64,000 bases of DNA, from assembly GCA_963727445.1 (NCBI GenBank), contig CAVSGI010000010.1, forward strand, positions 1,440,001 through 1,504,000, written 5' to 3'. The notes under the pieces were generated by a model. It searched no databases and was not told the origin of the DNA. It saw only the letters and a program-made list of their open reading frames with translations. The DNA comes from an uncultured delta proteobacterium. Its GTDB lineage: Bacteria; Myxococcota_A; Polyangia; Polyangiales; B10-G4. Below are positions 39,970 to 49,565 of this stretch, piece after piece. The first letter of the stretch is position 1, and each line of letters begins with the position of its first letter. The translations under genes were made by a program, and so were the position numbers.

Positions 39970-41283
39970 TCAGGCTTCGAGCGCGCCGATGGACGCGGAG
40001 GTCTGCCCCGGACCCGCGCCGAAGCTCGCCGCGGGGACCCCCGCGCCGCGCAGCGCCGTGAGCACGCCTTTGCTCGTGTTCTCGCTGGAGGTCGAGCGGT
40101 AGTGAACGCCCCCACGAAGGCGCCCGTTGCCCTTGCCCGCGATCATGATTGGGAAGTCGGTGTTCTGGTGGGTCTTTCCGTCGGCGAGCTCGGAGGTGCA
40201 GAGGATCGCCATGTGGTCGAGGAGGTTTCCGTCCCCTTCCGGTGTGTCCCGGAGCCGGGTGAGCAGATAGGCGAGCTGCTCCATGGTGTAGGTGGTCGCG
40301 GCGTGGACGATGGGCTGGGCGCCGGCTTCGTCGTGGCAGGTCTGGTGAAGGCTGTTGGTCGCGCCCGCCGGCCAGACGATGACGCCGGAGCCGGAGGGGC
40401 TGAAGAGCACGGAGAAGGCGCGGGTCATGTCGCACGCGAGCGCGAGCGTCAGCAGATCGCTCATCGCGGCGTTCTGCTCGGCGATCTGCTCGTGGCCGCC
40501 GACGTCGGGGAAGTCTCCCGGCGCGTCGGGCGCGGTGCACGCACCCACGCCGGCGGCGAGGCGCGCCTCGAGGGCCCGCACCGAGTCGAAGTGCTGCTCG
40601 AGACGTACGCGATCACGCGCGCCCACACGCGCATTCAGGCGGCGTATCTGTCCGCCCACCGCGTCGAGGACGCTCTGCCGCGCGAGGTCGACGTCGGCGT
40701 CGAGGGGGCGGCCGAAGAGGCGCTCGTAGAGACGCTGGGGCGAGTACTCGGAGGGGTTGGGGTTGTTGGGGCCGTTGTGGCTGAGGTGTTGGAAGGCGGT
40801 GCCCTCGTCGGTGCCGCGAAAGCGCGTGATGCCGATCTCGAGGGAGCGGAAGGGCGCGTCGCCCTCGAAGTGGCGCGCCGCGATCATGTCCACCGTCTCG
40901 CTGGGGCAGGTGGAGATGATGGTGTCGCGGGTGGTGCCCACCTGATAGTAGTGGGCGCCGGTGAGGATGCCGCTGAAACCCGAGTGATGCGGGTGGGTCG
41001 CCGTCTTGATGGCGCAGCCGCTGACGATGCTCACCCAGTCGCGAACACCCGCGAGCGGCACCAGCTCGGGCGACGGCGTGTAACCCGCGCCACGGGTCGC
41101 CGGCACCCAGCGGTCGGGCTTGACGCCGTTACCCCAGAACCAGAGCCCGAAGCGATCGGGCATGGCCGAGCCGTCGGCGAAGGCGGTGCCGTGATCGTTC
41201 AGCGTCAGGTCGAGCACCGGCAGCGCGACGCTCACCGCCGCGCCCCCGAGGATGCCGCGCAAGAAGCCTCGTCGCGTGATCAT
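39970..41283 (-). CDS. DUF1552 domain protein
   Basis: MITRRGFLRG...ALPVL Tat-like N-terminus; SVLDAV, DRVRLEQHFDSVRALE, LALACDMTR; directly downstream of DUF1592-family gene. Confidence 0.88.
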   Translation of the reverse strand: MITRRGFLRGILGGAAVSVALPVLDLTLNDHGTAFADGSAMPDRFGLWFWGNGVKPDRWVPATRGAGYTPSPELVPLAGVRDWVSIVSGCAIKTATHPHHSGFSGILTGAHYYQVGTTRDTIISTCPSETVDMIAARHFEGDAPFRSLEIGITRFRGTDEGTAFQHLSHNGPNNPNPSEYSPQRLYERLFGRPLDADVDLARQSVLDAVGGQIRRLNARVGARDRVRLEQHFDSVRALEARLAAGVGACTAPDAPGDFPDVGGHEQIAEQNAAMSDLLTLALACDMTRAFSVLFSPSGSGVIVWPAGATNSLHQTCHDEAGAQPIVHAATTYTMEQLAYLLTRLRDTPEGDGNLLDHMAILCTSELADGKTHQNTDFPIMIAGKGNGRLRGGVHYRSTSSENTSKGVLTALRGAGVPAASFGAGPGQTSASIGALEA

Positions 41284-43673
41284 GGCGCACCTCCCACGCA
41301 GGTCACGGCGACGCTGTCGCCGCTGTTCTCCACCGGCCCGAAGCCGCTCACGAAGCCCTCCGAAACGCAGTAGCGTTTGATCGCGGCGTTGCATGCCCCG
41401 CCGATCCGCGTCGCGCTGGTACACGACGGGTGGTGGGTCGCGAGGACGCCGTAAGTGATAGAGCGCGTCTCGGCGTCGCGCACGCAGGTCGCCACCGCGA
41501 CGTCACCGCTGTTCTCGGCCGGCCCGAAGCCGCTGACGAAACCGTTGGCCGCGCAGAACCGGTGGAAAGCGGCGTTGCAGTTCGGCCCCATCCGTTCGCG
41601 CGTTCCGTCGCAGACGTCGTGATGGGTCCTCAGCACCGAGTAGGACGTCGTGAAGCTCTGACCGTCGACGCAGGTGAAGTGGGCGACGGTCCCGGAGCTC
41701 TCGACCGGCCCGAAGCCGCCCGCGCTGCAGCCCGTGGCGGTGCAGTAGCGGCTGATGGCGGCGTTGCAGCTCGGGCCGACGACCTCCGTGACCCCGTCAC
41801 AGCCGGGGTGATGAGCGATCAGGTCGGCGAAGGTCCCTTCGATGAGCCGGGTGCCGAGACCTTCGTCCACCATGCCGTCGCAGTCGTCGTCTGCGCCATC
41901 ACAGGTCTCCGCCGCCGGGGCGAAGGTGCACTCGCCCCACGCGCCGCCCGCGCACACCTGTTCGCCGGTGCCGCAGCTCGCGTCACAGGCCCGGCGCTCG
42001 CCGGTGATGCAGGCGCCTCCGCCGGTCGCGCCCGCCGGCGGAAGCGCGTAGCGGAACCCGGGGCTCAGGACGATCGCCTCCACCAGCGCCACGAAGCGGT
42101 GACCGCTGTCGCGGAATGCATCCGTGAGCGAAGCGACCACGACCTCCTCGCCCTCCTCCTCGAGGTGTCCCGTCGCATAGCGGTAGAGCCGCCGGGCCAC
42201 GCACCCCGCGAGGCGGTCGTCCTCCGCGAGCACCGCACCCAGCTCGGCGGCGTCGGCCACGGCCTCGCCGTCGAGATCGGTCGCGGTGTCGATGGGAAGA
42301 CCGCCCTCCGTCTCGCGGTATTCGCCCAGCGGCCCGAAGCGCTCGAGGGCGAAGCCGATGGGATCCATCCGCTCGTGGCAGCTCGCGCACGCGGGATTCG
42401 CCCGGTGCTCCTCGAGTCGCTCGCGGAGCGTCTGAGGCCCGGTCTCCGCGTCTTCGGCGAGGGTTGTGTCGACGCCGGGGGGCGGGGGCGGGATGTCCTC
42501 GCAGAGCAGCCCCATCCGCACGAATCGCCCCCGCTTCGTCGGCGAGGTGAGCGTCGCGTGGGAGAAGAGCGCCAGGATGCCTGCGCGTCCGAGGAGGCCC
42601 CCGCGCTGCGCTTCGGGCGGAAGGATCGTGCGCTCGAAGTCTTCGGTGGGGGGCGGGAGGTCGTAGAGCGCGGCCAGCTCGGCGTCGACGAAGGTGACGT
42701 CGGTGTCGAAGAGATCGCGGAAGTCGGCTCCGTCGTCGAGCGCGATCTCCGCGAAGAGCAGCTCGAGCTCCTGACGCATCGCCGCGCGCAGGGACGGCGT
42801 CCACTCCGGGTAGAGGTCGGGATCCTTGGCGACGGCGTCGAGGCGCTGGAGGCTGATGAGCTCACCGAAGAAGCTCGAGAGCGCAGGCGCCGCGCGGGGA
42901 TCGTCGAGCATGCGCTGGACCTCGCGCCGCAGCCCGTCGTCGGTGACCAGCGCGCCCCGCTCACCCGCGTCGAGGAGCTGCGCGTCGGGCGTCGAACGCC
43001 ACAGGAGGTACGAAAGGCGGCTCGCCATCTCGGTGCTGGTGTAGCGATAGCGGCTCGTGTCCCCCGGGTCCGCTTCGCCGAGCTCCACCCGGAAGAGGAA
43101 GTCGGGCGACTGCAGGATGGCCACCAGCGTCCAGCGCAGCCCTTCCACGGGTGAGCGCAGGCGCGCACCGACATCGGCGGCGAGGGCCGCGAACGCCGCC
43201 TCTTCTTCGGCAGAGAGCGCGCGGCGGAATGCGCGCCGGCCGAAGTCAGCGATGAAACCGGTGGTGCACGCGTCGTCTGCACTTGTCGGCTCGCAGCCGA
43301 GGAGCGCGCCGCGGCGCCCTTCGTCGTCGAAGACCGCGCTGGCCACCGCGATGGCGGCGTTCTCGTACTGCTCGGCGGCGAGAGGGGGGATGGTGAGCTC
43401 GCTGCCGCCGACGGTGGAGAAGCCGTGGATGAAGGTGTCGACCTCGAGCGCGTCGGGGATGGGCGTCCCCTCGGGCATCAGATCGCGAAGTGTGTTCCGG
43501 TATTCCTCGCGGGTCAGCCGGTGGAGGGTAGCGGGCGCTGGGACGAAGACCTCCCCCTCTGCGGGCCCGGGTTCATCGGGTTCACGACCGGTCCCTGGCC
43601 CCGCGCCGGGGTCGCCCACGTACCCCTTGCAGCCGGTGAGGAGGAGGACGGAGAGGAGGACTGGCGCACGCAT
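41280..43673 (-). CDS. DUF1592-family protein (DUF1587/1595/1592/1588/1585) with CxxCH and extra Cys/His-rich C-terminal repeats
   Basis: RLTREEYRNTLRDL, AFRRAL, LQSPDFLFR, ASRLSYLLW, TSPTKRG, CASCH, MDPIGFALE; C-terminal MopE-like motif and three repeats. Confidence 0.9.
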   Translation of the reverse strand: MRAPVLLSVLLLTGCKGYVGDPGAGPGTGREPDEPGPAEGEVFVPAPATLHRLTREEYRNTLRDLMPEGTPIPDALEVDTFIHGFSTVGGSELTIPPLAAEQYENAAIAVASAVFDDEGRRGALLGCEPTSADDACTTGFIADFGRRAFRRALSAEEEAAFAALAADVGARLRSPVEGLRWTLVAILQSPDFLFRVELGEADPGDTSRYRYTSTEMASRLSYLLWRSTPDAQLLDAGERGALVTDDGLRREVQRMLDDPRAAPALSSFFGELISLQRLDAVAKDPDLYPEWTPSLRAAMRQELELLFAEIALDDGADFRDLFDTDVTFVDAELAALYDLPPPTEDFERTILPPEAQRGGLLGRAGILALFSHATLTSPTKRGRFVRMGLLCEDIPPPPPGVDTTLAEDAETGPQTLRERLEEHRANPACASCHERMDPIGFALERFGPLGEYRETEGGLPIDTATDLDGEAVADAAELGAVLAEDDRLAGCVARRLYRYATGHLEEEGEEVVVASLTDAFRDSGHRFVALVEAIVLSPGFRYALPPAGATGGGACITGERRACDASCGTGEQVCAGGAWGECTFAPAAETCDGADDDCDGMVDEGLGTRLIEGTFADLIAHHPGCDGVTEVVGPSCNAAISRYCTATGCSAGGFGPVESSGTVAHFTCVDGQSFTTSYSVLRTHHDVCDGTRERMGPNCNAAFHRFCAANGFVSGFGPAENSGDVAVATCVRDAETRSITYGVLATHHPSCTSATRIGGACNAAIKRYCVSEGFVSGFGPVENSGDSVAVTCVGGAP

Positions 43674-43829
43674 CTCCCCCCGTTCACTGCAGGCTGCGTG
43701 CCGCGCCGGAAGCGGCGAGAAGTCCCGATTAAGCGGATCGGAAGCCGCGTTCGCGCCCGCGACGACCCCAGTCGCGCGAAGCCGCGTCCAGGGCCTGAAC
43801 GCCTCAGAGCGCCTTCGATCCCACGACCG

Positions 43830-44468
43830 TCACTCCGTATCGGACACGCCGAGGAGCTCGACGTCGAAGAGCAGCATCCCGCCCGGGCGGCCGGGCCGGC
43901 CCTGGTAGGCGAGGTACTCGGGGATGAAGAAGCGACGCACCTCGCCCGGCACCATGAGCTGCATTCCCTCGGTCCAGCCGTCGATGACCTGGTCGAGGCG
44001 GAAGCGCAGGGGAGAGCCGCGATTCACGCTCGCGTCGAAGACGCCGTCCGCGGAGTTCCAACCCAGGTAGTGCACCTCGACGTAGTCGTTCGCGGTGGGA
44101 TGCTGGGAGCCGGTCCCGGCGCGGACCACGCAGGTGCCGAGACCCGAGTCGGTGATGTGGACCCCTTCGGGCATCTCGCTCGCGGGAACCGGCGCTTCGG
44201 GGAAAGAATAGGTGCCTGGGACCTCCTGCATCTCGGCCCCGCTCGGACACAGCTGACCGGCGCGCCCCCGCATCGTCTGGTCTTCGGGACAGCTCCAGCC
44301 GGGATCGGCGGAGATGGTGGCGCACACCACGTCGACAGGCGGATTCGATGCCTCTCGTTCGTCGCCCGCACCCTCGTGCGACTCCGACGCGGTCTCGGGC
44401 TCACGACCGGGAGGCGAGGAGCACGCGAGGAGGAGGATGCCCAAGGTGGGGAGGAGGAGCTTGGTCAT
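43830..44468 (-). CDS. FKBP-type peptidyl-prolyl isomerase lipoprotein
   Basis: LLAC lipobox; VEVHYLGW...FDAS...VIDGWTEGMQLM...IPEYLAY...LLFDVELL. Confidence 0.93.
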   Translation of the reverse strand: MTKLLLPTLGILLLACSSPPGREPETASESHEGAGDEREASNPPVDVVCATISADPGWSCPEDQTMRGRAGQLCPSGAEMQEVPGTYSFPEAPVPASEMPEGVHITDSGLGTCVVRAGTGSQHPTANDYVEVHYLGWNSADGVFDASVNRGSPLRFRLDQVIDGWTEGMQLMVPGEVRRFFIPEYLAYQGRPGRPGGMLLFDVELLGVSDTE

Positions 44469-44527
44469 GACGCTTGGTACGCGGAGTTGGCGCCGAGCAC
44501 AAGATGGGCGAAGGCGACGAGAGGTGG

Positions 44528-46111
44528 TCACTCGGCGACGTCGCCGAGGCTCAAGACCCGGTACTCCCCCGGCCGGAGCACGATCTCCTCGGTGCGCTGA
44601 CGCAGCGGCCCGTAGACCACCGCGATGCTGTGCGGTCCGGCCGCGACCCACTCGGTGAGCGGCGTGACCCCGACGCGCTCTCCGTCGATGAAACACTCGC
44701 CGGATGGGTCGGCGCGAACCTCCAGCTGCGCCCTGCCCTCCACCTCTTCGGGGCCGGCGGTGTTGGGCGCAGGATCTCCGCGCACCGGGACCTGGCTGGG
44801 TTCCATGGGCGCGCCCGCGTCCAGCGGATCCTCGGCGGGAGGTGGGTCGGTGGTCGGGGTGACGACGCTCGGGGGATCGGCGGCAGGCGTCTCTTTTGGC
44901 GAAAGGACGAAGAGCCAGAGGCCGAGCGCCGCGAGGGTCCCGAAGCCGAGGAGGGCCACGCCCGCAAGCGCTCCCACGAGCCACCGGCGATCCTTCGACG
45001 GAGCCCTCCGCTCGAACACCTCGCCACCGCGCGAGGATTGCGGAGGCTCGGACGCGGGCGCTGCCGTCCCCCGACGCGTGGGGACTGGCGAAGGGGGCTC
45101 GGACGCGGGCGCCACGGGGACGTAGCGTGTGGGCGGCGGCTGTGGCTGTGCCGGCGATGACACTTCCGACCCCCACGCCAGGAACTCCGTCTTCTGCTCG
45201 TCTGCCACGGCGGACGCGCCGGATGCGGCCTGGTCGAGTCCTTCGAGGAGCGCGAGCGCCGTTTGTGGGCGATCGCCCGGACGATGCGCGAGGCAACGCT
45301 GGATCACCTCAGAGACCGCTGGCGGGATGTCCGGAGCAACGGCGGCGAGCGAACGCGGCCCTTCCGAGAACATCTTGCCGATCAGCTCGGGAAACGACGC
45401 GGCTTCGTAAGGGGTCGTTCCGGAGAGGCAATGAAAGAGGGTGACGCCGACCGAGTAGATGTCGGCGCGGTGATCGACCCCGGTCTCACTCTGCACCTGC
45501 TCCGGGGCGAGATAGAGCGGGGTGCCGATCACGGAGCCGGTCCCCGTGAGGCGGTCGAAGAAGGGATTGCCCATGTGCTTCGCGATCCCGAAGTCGAGGA
45601 GCTTCGGCGTGACGATGCCGTCGGCCCGCTTCGCGAGAAAGATGTTCGGTGGCTTGATGTCGCGGTGGACCACACCGGCGCGGTGGGCTGCGTCGAGCGC
45701 GGAGAGGATGGGCCGCGCCATCAGCAACGTCTCCTCGAGCGAGAGCCTCTGCTCCCGCTCGAGCCGCTGGCTCAGGTCCTCACCGTGGAGGAGCTCCATC
45801 ACCATGAACGGCGACCCCTCGTGCACGCCCGCGTCGAAGACCTGGGTGATCGCCGGGTGATCGACCTTGCCCGCCGCCACCGCCTCGCGGAAGAAGCGCT
45901 CCACCAGGTCGTTGCTCACGCGGAAGCGCTCCTCCATCACCTTGAGGGCGACCTGCTTGCGGAGCACGCCGTGGGTCGCCACCCACACCCGCCCCATGCG
46001 GCCCTCGCCGAGCGGCTTTTCGATGCGGTATTTGTCCGCGATCACGTCCCCCGGTGCGAGCGGCACGACAGCAGGGTACGCGCCGCGAGCGGTCCGTGTC
46101 AGCCAGCGCAA
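44528..46111 (-). CDS. Ser/Thr protein kinase with TM helix and C-terminal PEGA-like domain (start may be slightly downstream)
   Basis: LGEGRMGRV, VALK, HRDIKPPN, DFG, GTPLYLAPE; TM; FIDGERVGVTPL. Confidence 0.92.
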   Translation of the reverse strand: MRWLTRTARGAYPAVVPLAPGDVIADKYRIEKPLGEGRMGRVWVATHGVLRKQVALKVMEERFRVSNDLVERFFREAVAAGKVDHPAITQVFDAGVHEGSPFMVMELLHGEDLSQRLEREQRLSLEETLLMARPILSALDAAHRAGVVHRDIKPPNIFLAKRADGIVTPKLLDFGIAKHMGNPFFDRLTGTGSVIGTPLYLAPEQVQSETGVDHRADIYSVGVTLFHCLSGTTPYEAASFPELIGKMFSEGPRSLAAVAPDIPPAVSEVIQRCLAHRPGDRPQTALALLEGLDQAASGASAVADEQKTEFLAWGSEVSSPAQPQPPPTRYVPVAPASEPPSPVPTRRGTAAPASEPPQSSRGGEVFERRAPSKDRRWLVGALAGVALLGFGTLAALGLWLFVLSPKETPAADPPSVVTPTTDPPPAEDPLDAGAPMEPSQVPVRGDPAPNTAGPEEVEGRAQLEVRADPSGECFIDGERVGVTPLTEWVAAGPHSIAVVYGPLRQRTEEIVLRPGEYRVLSLGDVAE

Positions 46112-46139
46112 GCCCGTCAGGTCGCGCTATCATCGCGGC

Positions 46140-46868
46140 GTGCGAGCTCGATGCGCCGCGACTCTCCTGGTCCTCGTGTGGGGATGCGCCGACCGAGGCC
46201 TCGAGTGGGATCTCGCCTTCGACTCGCCGGACCTCGAAGCGCAGGCGGTGCGCCTCGACGCCCGGATCCTCGCGGGCCCCTGCCCCGGCACCGACGTGCT
46301 CTGGGACGAGGTGGTGCATCCGACCACCCCGGACACGTTGCCGCCATCCCTGCCGCCAGGGTCCTATTGCTTCGGCGCTCGGGCCGGCAACGCCGCCTGC
46401 GAGTGGTTCGCCTCTGGCGAGCGCACCCTCGAGCTCCCCACCGAAGAGAGGGTGACAATCACCCTCTCCGCGCAGATGGCCACGAGCATCTGCCCGGGGA
46501 CGATGTGCAGCGAGGGGATGTGCGCGAACGTCTCGGGCACCCCGCAAACCTGCATTGGCGGCGGCTGCGTACAGACCTGCGACTCCGACTGCGTGGCGAG
46601 CTGCGCAGGGGGCGGCTGCACGCAGGTCTGCACCGGCGGCGCCGCCACCGACTGCTCCTTCAGCTGTGCCGGTGGCGATTGCACCGTTCGCTGCGAGGAC
46701 TCGACCGATTGCACCGCGTCCTGCACGACCGGCAACTGCGGGATGGAATGCACGGGCGCGATCACCGGCTGCACCTTCCAGTGCCTCGGCGGGGGATGCA
46801 GCTACACCTGCGAAGACCCCACCAACTGCACGACCAGCTGCCTGCCCATGGACTGCAGCGGGCCCTGA
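46140..46868 (+). CDS. Cys-rich lipoprotein with periodic Cx3C repeat region
   Basis: VWGC lipobox-like; CxGGxCxxxC repeats. Confidence 0.72.
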   Translation: MRARCAATLLVLVWGCADRGLEWDLAFDSPDLEAQAVRLDARILAGPCPGTDVLWDEVVHPTTPDTLPPSLPPGSYCFGARAGNAACEWFASGERTLELPTEERVTITLSAQMATSICPGTMCSEGMCANVSGTPQTCIGGGCVQTCDSDCVASCAGGGCTQVCTGGAATDCSFSCAGGDCTVRCEDSTDCTASCTTGNCGMECTGAITGCTFQCLGGGCSYTCEDPTNCTTSCLPMDCSGP

Positions 46869-46943
46869 CCAAATGGACGAGCCCGATTCCGCGACGTTCC
46901 TCGCTCGTCTGCGATCCTCCGTTCGGGAATCGTGATCGCAGAT

Positions 46944-47879
46944 TCAGGTTTGGAGCGCGCCCAGCTCTCGTGTGCGTTCGAGGATGAAGTCCCAGACCAC
47001 CGCGATCCGCGGCACGTGACGAAGCGCGCGATGCCCGACGAGCCATAACTGCTGGCTCTCGAAGGGCACGAGGGCGCGGCGGAGCGCGGGGCTGAGCTTC
47101 GCCTTCACGAGACCGTGGACGCCTTCGTAGATCGTGGGCGCCACCAACAACCCCACGCCACGCTCCGCTGCTTCGACCTGCGCGCCCATGTGACTGGTGC
47201 GGAGCCAGATCGAGTCGGGATGCACCTGCGACTCGAGCCAGCGTGCCGTCGAGAAATGCGCGAGGTCGCGATCCCACTGGATCCAGCGGGCGTCATCCAG
47301 ACGCCGAAGCGTGCCGAGCTCTTCGACGTAGGTCTTCGAGCCCAGGACGGTGTCCTCCACTTCGCCGATCTTGACGGAGACCAGGTCACCCTGAGTCGGG
47401 CGAAAGGCGCGCAGGGCGATGTCCGCCTCGCGTCGCGTCAGGTCGGCGTAGCCGATACGGCCCTCGAGCTCGAGACGGATGCCCGGATGAAGCGCCCGCA
47501 GCTCGCGCACCCAGGTCGCCACGAAGTGCTCGGCCACACCGGGAGGCGCGGTGACGCGGACGGTGCCTTCGGCCTCGCGCTCGAAGCCTGCGACGCTTCG
47601 AACGAAGGCCTCCACCGAGCCCTCCACCGCCTCGGCGTGGGGCAGCAGTGCTTCGAGGGCGGCGGTGGGCGCGAGCCCCGAGGGCAGGCGATCGAAGAGC
47701 CGAGCGCCGATCGCCTCCTCGAGAGCCTCGAGGCGCCGGCTGACGGTGGAGGCGTTCACGCCGAGGAGCGCCCCCGCTCCCTTGAGCCGCTGCTCGCGTG
47801 CGAGGGCCAGGAGATAGCGCAGGTCGTCCCACCGGAGGTCGGCGAAGGTGGCCGCCAAGGGCGGTGGATGGTCTTGCAT
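46944..47879 (-). CDS. LysR family transcriptional regulator
   Basis: WDDLRYLLAL...LGVNASTVSRRLEALEEAIGARLFDR; READIALR; divergent from target gene. Confidence 0.93.
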   Translation of the reverse strand: MQDHPPPLAATFADLRWDDLRYLLALAREQRLKGAGALLGVNASTVSRRLEALEEAIGARLFDRLPSGLAPTAALEALLPHAEAVEGSVEAFVRSVAGFEREAEGTVRVTAPPGVAEHFVATWVRELRALHPGIRLELEGRIGYADLTRREADIALRAFRPTQGDLVSVKIGEVEDTVLGSKTYVEELGTLRRLDDARWIQWDRDLAHFSTARWLESQVHPDSIWLRTSHMGAQVEAAERGVGLLVAPTIYEGVHGLVKAKLSPALRRALVPFESQQLWLVGHRALRHVPRIAVVWDFILERTRELGALQT

Positions 47880-47887
47880 TTCTGCAA
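47874..47887. promoter_or_regulatory. Putative LysR binding site
   Basis: TTGCA-TTTC-TGCAA inverted repeat containing T-N11-A at the LysR start, between divergent genes. Confidence 0.6.
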
Positions 47888-47961
47888 CCAAGAGTCCCGA
47901 TATTGGCGGTTGTTGGCAATCCACGCAACACCCAGATTCGAGGAGAAGGGAGCGAGACGAC

Positions 47962-48933
47962 ATGACCAACGAAAACGACACCACCCGCATCCACACCATC
48001 TTCGGCGCCGGCCAGGTAGGCCGCCTCCTCGCAGACGAGCTGCTGGCCAAGGGGATCGAGGTCCGCATCGTCCGTCGCGGCGAGCCGGGATCGGCCAAGG
48101 CCGGCCTCACCTGGCTTCGGGGCGACATCACGGACGGCGACTTCGCCAAGCGCGCCGCGGAGGGCGCAGAGGTCGTCTACAACTGCACCAACCCGGCCGC
48201 CTACCACAGGTGGGAGACGCTCCTGCCGCCGCTCTATCGGGCGGTCGCGGACGCGGCACAGCACGCGGGCGCCCGACTCGTCACTCTCGACAACGTCTAC
48301 ATGTACGGCGACCGGAAGGGCGCACCCATGACGGAGGAGAGCGAGATGAGCGCCGAGACGAAGAAGGGGCGCCTCCGGGCGAAGCTCTACGCGGAGCTTC
48401 GCGCGCGGGCGGATCGCGGGGACTTTCACTTCACCTCCGGGCGGGCGTCCGACTTCTTCGGACCCGAGGCCAGCCTCGGCGCGGTCTTCTCGGAGCGCGC
48501 GTACGAGCGACTCGCCGAGGGCAAGGCGGTGGAGGTGATCGGCGACCCGGACGTGGTGCACAGCTACAGCTACGTTCCGGACGTGGCGCGCGGGCTTGCC
48601 ATCCTGGGCACGGAGCCGACACCCGAAGGCGGCGTCTTTCATCTGCCCGTCGCCTGGCAGGGCACCACGCGCGCGCTCCTCGACCGCGTGTCCGAGGCGC
48701 TCGGCCACGGCGACGCGAAGATCCGCAAGCTCCCGAGCTGGTTTCTGAGCGGCGCCGGCACCTTCGTCCCCCTCCTCGCGGCGGTGGCGGAGATGACCTA
48801 CCAGTGGGAGAGCGACTTCATCGTCGACGACGCGCGCTTTCGCGAGACCTTCGGCGTCGAGGCCACGCCGGTGGAGGAGGCGGTGAAGCAGACGGCAGCG
48901 TGGGTGAAGGCGCGCGAGGAGAAGGCGGCGTAG
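47962..48933 (+). CDS. NAD-dependent epimerase/dehydratase family (atypical SDR) protein
   Basis: IFGAGQVG Rossmann motif; DNVYMYG, KGRLR, RASDFFGP, HSYSYVPD. Confidence 0.9.
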   Translation: MTNENDTTRIHTIFGAGQVGRLLADELLAKGIEVRIVRRGEPGSAKAGLTWLRGDITDGDFAKRAAEGAEVVYNCTNPAAYHRWETLLPPLYRAVADAAQHAGARLVTLDNVYMYGDRKGAPMTEESEMSAETKKGRLRAKLYAELRARADRGDFHFTSGRASDFFGPEASLGAVFSERAYERLAEGKAVEVIGDPDVVHSYSYVPDVARGLAILGTEPTPEGGVFHLPVAWQGTTRALLDRVSEALGHGDAKIRKLPSWFLSGAGTFVPLLAAVAEMTYQWESDFIVDDARFRETFGVEATPVEEAVKQTAAWVKAREEKAA

Positions 48934-48951
48934 GGCGGAGACGGACTGAGC

Positions 48952-49452
48952 CTACGTCCCGCACATGCCCATGCGACAGCTGAACCCACAATCGCCGCAC
49001 ATCATGCATGTCTCCGTGCCGCAGTCGACGTCGCACGTTGCGCCGAGATCACAGTAGATCATGCAACGCACCATCGTGCGGTTGATGTGGCACTCGGAGG
49101 TGTCCGCGCAGTGATAGCTGCAGGGTGGGGTGGTGCAGGTGAAGTCGCAGATGTCGGAGCCGCTACACGTGATGAGTCCGCCATCCCCAGGGCCCACGTC
49201 GATAGGGCCCTCGTCGGGGCCCACGTCGAACGAGGTCGAGTCCGGCATGAGGGTGTCCATCGCAGTATCTGCCCCCGTATCCGATGGTGCGGTCTCCGTG
49301 AGCGCGGTGTCCATCGCCCCGGTATCGCTCGGCGAGGTGTCTGGGAGCATGGCGTCCAGTCCGGTGTCCGGCGCTTCGTGACTGAACCCGACCCGACACC
49401 CATCCATGCCCAAGACACATGCGAGGAAAACGCGTACGGGGAAGCGGGTCAT
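48952..49452 (-). CDS. Small Cys-rich putative lipoprotein
   Basis: Hydrophobic N-terminus with GC; DT-rich linker; periodic Cys C-terminus. Confidence 0.65.
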   Translation of the reverse strand: MTRFPVRVFLACVLGMDGCRVGFSHEAPDTGLDAMLPDTSPSDTGAMDTALTETAPSDTGADTAMDTLMPDSTSFDVGPDEGPIDVGPGDGGLITCSGSDICDFTCTTPPCSYHCADTSECHINRTMVRCMIYCDLGATCDVDCGTETCMMCGDCGFSCRMGMCGT

Positions 49453-49565
49453 GAGCGCCTCATCGTAAACCATCCCGGGCAGCCGCACCCCGATGGGTGG
49501 GGTGCGAGCCGGGGACGGCGACGGATCCCCAATGGTACGGTAGTCGCGCCTGGGGAGGCGTGACG

